From Escherichia coli (GTDB lineage: Bacteria; Pseudomonadota; Gammaproteobacteria; Enterobacterales; Enterobacteriaceae): a stretch of DNA of 64,000 nucleotides. Under the pieces are notes generated by a model. That model saw nothing but the letters and a program-made list of their open reading frames with translations, was not told where the DNA came from and did not search any database. Both the position numbers and the translations under genes were made by a program. Of this stretch, positions 62,166 to 64,000 are shown one piece after another (position 1 is the first letter of the stretch; each line of letters starts with the position of its first letter). The stretch lies in NCBI RefSeq assembly GCF_051903065.1, contig NZ_CP178438.1. The stretch is one strand, 5' to 3'.

Positions 62166-63067
62166 CTTCACCATTTATTCAACAAATTGCTGATAACCGG
62201 GTATGTCAGGTACTCACCTGTCTTCCTGAAAAATTTGTGGTTGATTTCGCAAACGGAATCGATGTTGCACAGGAGCATATCCGCACGGCCGGAGAGCGCA
62301 CGTTCTTCCGGCGTTTAAAAGAGGGGATGACCGGCGAAGGCGCTGCACGGCAGAATGCCATCAATGCTTCGCTTGCACAGGGCGTTGAGGCGTCCCTGCG
62401 CTGGCTGACGGAGCTGACAACGTCACTTGCCACCACAAACTACGCGATTACCCGGGTAAACGACAGGGTCAGTTCACTGGTCAGTGATACTGCCAGGCTG
62501 GCGCATTATTCGGCTGACACGCGGGAGCAGTTACTCACCCTGGCCGATCAGGTTCACCAGAAACTGAATCATCTTGAAGAAAAACTCCACCGTGTTGACC
62601 AGGTTCAGCGGGCGCAGTTACATCTTGAGCAGATATTCTCATGGTGGAGCGCCGGGCGATATGCGTCATTTTCCCCTGCCGGACGTTGTTATGTGGCACT
62701 TGAAGAGCTTCGCTGGGGCGCGTTTGGTGATGTGATACGCCAGGGCGAAACAGGCCAGGTTAACCAGCTACTGGATATTCTCAGACATAAAGCATTAACG
62801 CAGATGGCACAGGAGAGTGGCGGTAGTGCAACCGTGCGTCTGAACACTCTGGACTGGCTTGGTGGTCAGGGCCGGGAGCAGGCAGATAACGAGTGGCATG
62901 ACGCGATTAACTGGCTGGGGGACTGGTGCAGTGAAGAGCAGCATCCGGTGATCTGGTCAACCACGCAGGCTGCAGAACACTTACCGGTTCGCATGCCTCG
63001 CCTCTGCTCTGCAGAACGCCTCTCTGAAAGTATGGTCGATGAAATATTTCAGAAGGGGGCAGCATGA
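62162..63067 (+). CDS. hypothetical protein of unknown function, translationally coupled to flanking genes
   Basis: 301-aa ORF whose GTG start overlaps the upstream stop (GTGA) and whose stop overlaps the downstream ATG (ATGA); predicted helical middle region. Confidence 0.55.
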   Translation: MTSPFIQQIADNRVCQVLTCLPEKFVVDFANGIDVAQEHIRTAGERTFFRRLKEGMTGEGAARQNAINASLAQGVEASLRWLTELTTSLATTNYAITRVNDRVSSLVSDTARLAHYSADTREQLLTLADQVHQKLNHLEEKLHRVDQVQRAQLHLEQIFSWWSAGRYASFSPAGRCYVALEELRWGAFGDVIRQGETGQVNQLLDILRHKALTQMAQESGGSATVRLNTLDWLGGQGREQADNEWHDAINWLGDWCSEEQHPVIWSTTQAAEHLPVRMPRLCSAERLSESMVDEIFQKGAA

Positions 63068-64000
63068 GTACAGAAATGAAAACGGGGCTGGTGCTGTCCG
63101 GCGGCGGGGCGGTGGGCGCTTATCAGGCAGGTGTGGTTAAGGCACTGGCAGAGTGTGGCACACAGATCAGCATGGTTTCAGGGGCCAGCATTGGCGCATT
63201 CAATGGTGCCATTATCGCGGCCTCTCCCGATCTGTCAGAAGCAGCCGCACGCCTGGAGGCGCTCTGGAAGCATCTGGGGAATAATCAGGTGCTGTCGGTA
63301 AACCGATCGGTTTACTTTTCATTGCTGAAAAAAATGGTTCAGGCCATGAACCTCTGCCAGATCCCCGGACGTGCAGGAGCACTGCTTACGACACTTCTTC
63401 GCCATATATCGATAATCAACGGCTTCGACAATCCGATGGCTCAGCCGCTGTTGTCAGATGAGCCTCTGACAGCGCTGTTGGATCATTATCTTGATACTGA
63501 TGCTCTGGCAGACGGGCTACCGCTGTATGTGTCGCTGTACCCCACAGAAGGGGGCATGCAGGATATTATTGACTGCATTCGTGCTGAACTGGGTGCCGGA
63601 ACCACGAAAAACGCCGTTTTTCAGCATATCCAGAGCCTGCCCCGCGGACAGCAGAAAGAGGCTCTGCTTGCGTCAGCCGCGCTGCCCCTGCTGTTCCGTC
63701 CCCGTGAGGTTCAGGGGACAATGTTCGGTGATGGTGGTATGGGAGGATGGCGAAATATGCAGGGAAATACCCCTGTGACGCCTCTGGTCGATGCCGGATG
63801 CAATATGGTGATTGTGACGCATCTGAGTGACGGTTCTTTATGGGATCGCCAGGCTTTTCCGGACACCACAATCCTTGAGATCCGTCCCCGGAAAAGGCTG
63901 AAATATGCAGGTGATGGTGGCAACAGCGGCGGTCTGCTCAGTTTCACGTTGGCACATACCGACGCCTGGCGTCAGCAGGGCTATGAAGACACGATGCTGA
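63064..64000 (+). CDS. patatin-like phospholipase (3' end beyond window)
   Basis: Oxyanion-hole GGGAVGAY, catalytic Ser in GASIG (GxSxG) and catalytic Asp in FGDGGM (DGG) in the correct order and spacing; ORF is open to the window end. Confidence 0.8.
   Translation, partial: MSTEMKTGLVLSGGGAVGAYQAGVVKALAECGTQISMVSGASIGAFNGAIIAASPDLSEAAARLEALWKHLGNNQVLSVNRSVYFSLLKKMVQAMNLCQIPGRAGALLTTLLRHISIINGFDNPMAQPLLSDEPLTALLDHYLDTDALADGLPLYVSLYPTEGGMQDIIDCIRAELGAGTTKNAVFQHIQSLPRGQQKEALLASAALPLLFRPREVQGTMFGDGGMGGWRNMQGNTPVTPLVDAGCNMVIVTHLSDGSLWDRQAFPDTTILEIRPRKRLKYAGDGGNSGGLLSFTLAHTDAWRQQGYEDTML

Overview
This window is an Escherichia coli chromosomal segment (K-12-like gene order ytfK-ytfL-msrA-tamAB-ytfP-chpSB-ppa-ytfQRT-yjfF-fbp-mpl-yjgA-pmbA-cybC-nrdGD-treCBR-mgtA-ridA-pyrIB-yjgH-bdcAR-tabA-argI-rraB-yjgM-yjgN-valS-holC-pepA-lptFG-yjgR-ahr-leuX), identified by reading the six-frame translations and recalling the protein families; no database search was run. 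About 50.8 kb is conserved core genome with many REP/BIME repeats, one IS1 insertion where K-12 has yjgL, and no idn (GntII) operon between yjgR and ahr. From tRNA-Leu (leuX, 50845-50929) onward the window enters a horizontally acquired island: a P4-type integrase, an EptA-like sulfatase-family membrane protein, an outer-membrane beta-barrel protein, an IS903-family element, a 1.1 kb AT-rich ORF-less stretch, an AT-rich orphan gene, a YfjP/YeeP/YkfA-type small GTPase, and then a translationally coupled module of a 794-aa dynamin-like GTPase, a 301-aa protein of unknown function and a patatin-like phospholipase that runs off the window end. That last three-gene module is the most likely candidate for an undescribed system (possibly anti-phage defence or membrane remodelling); this is inference from motifs and gene context only.
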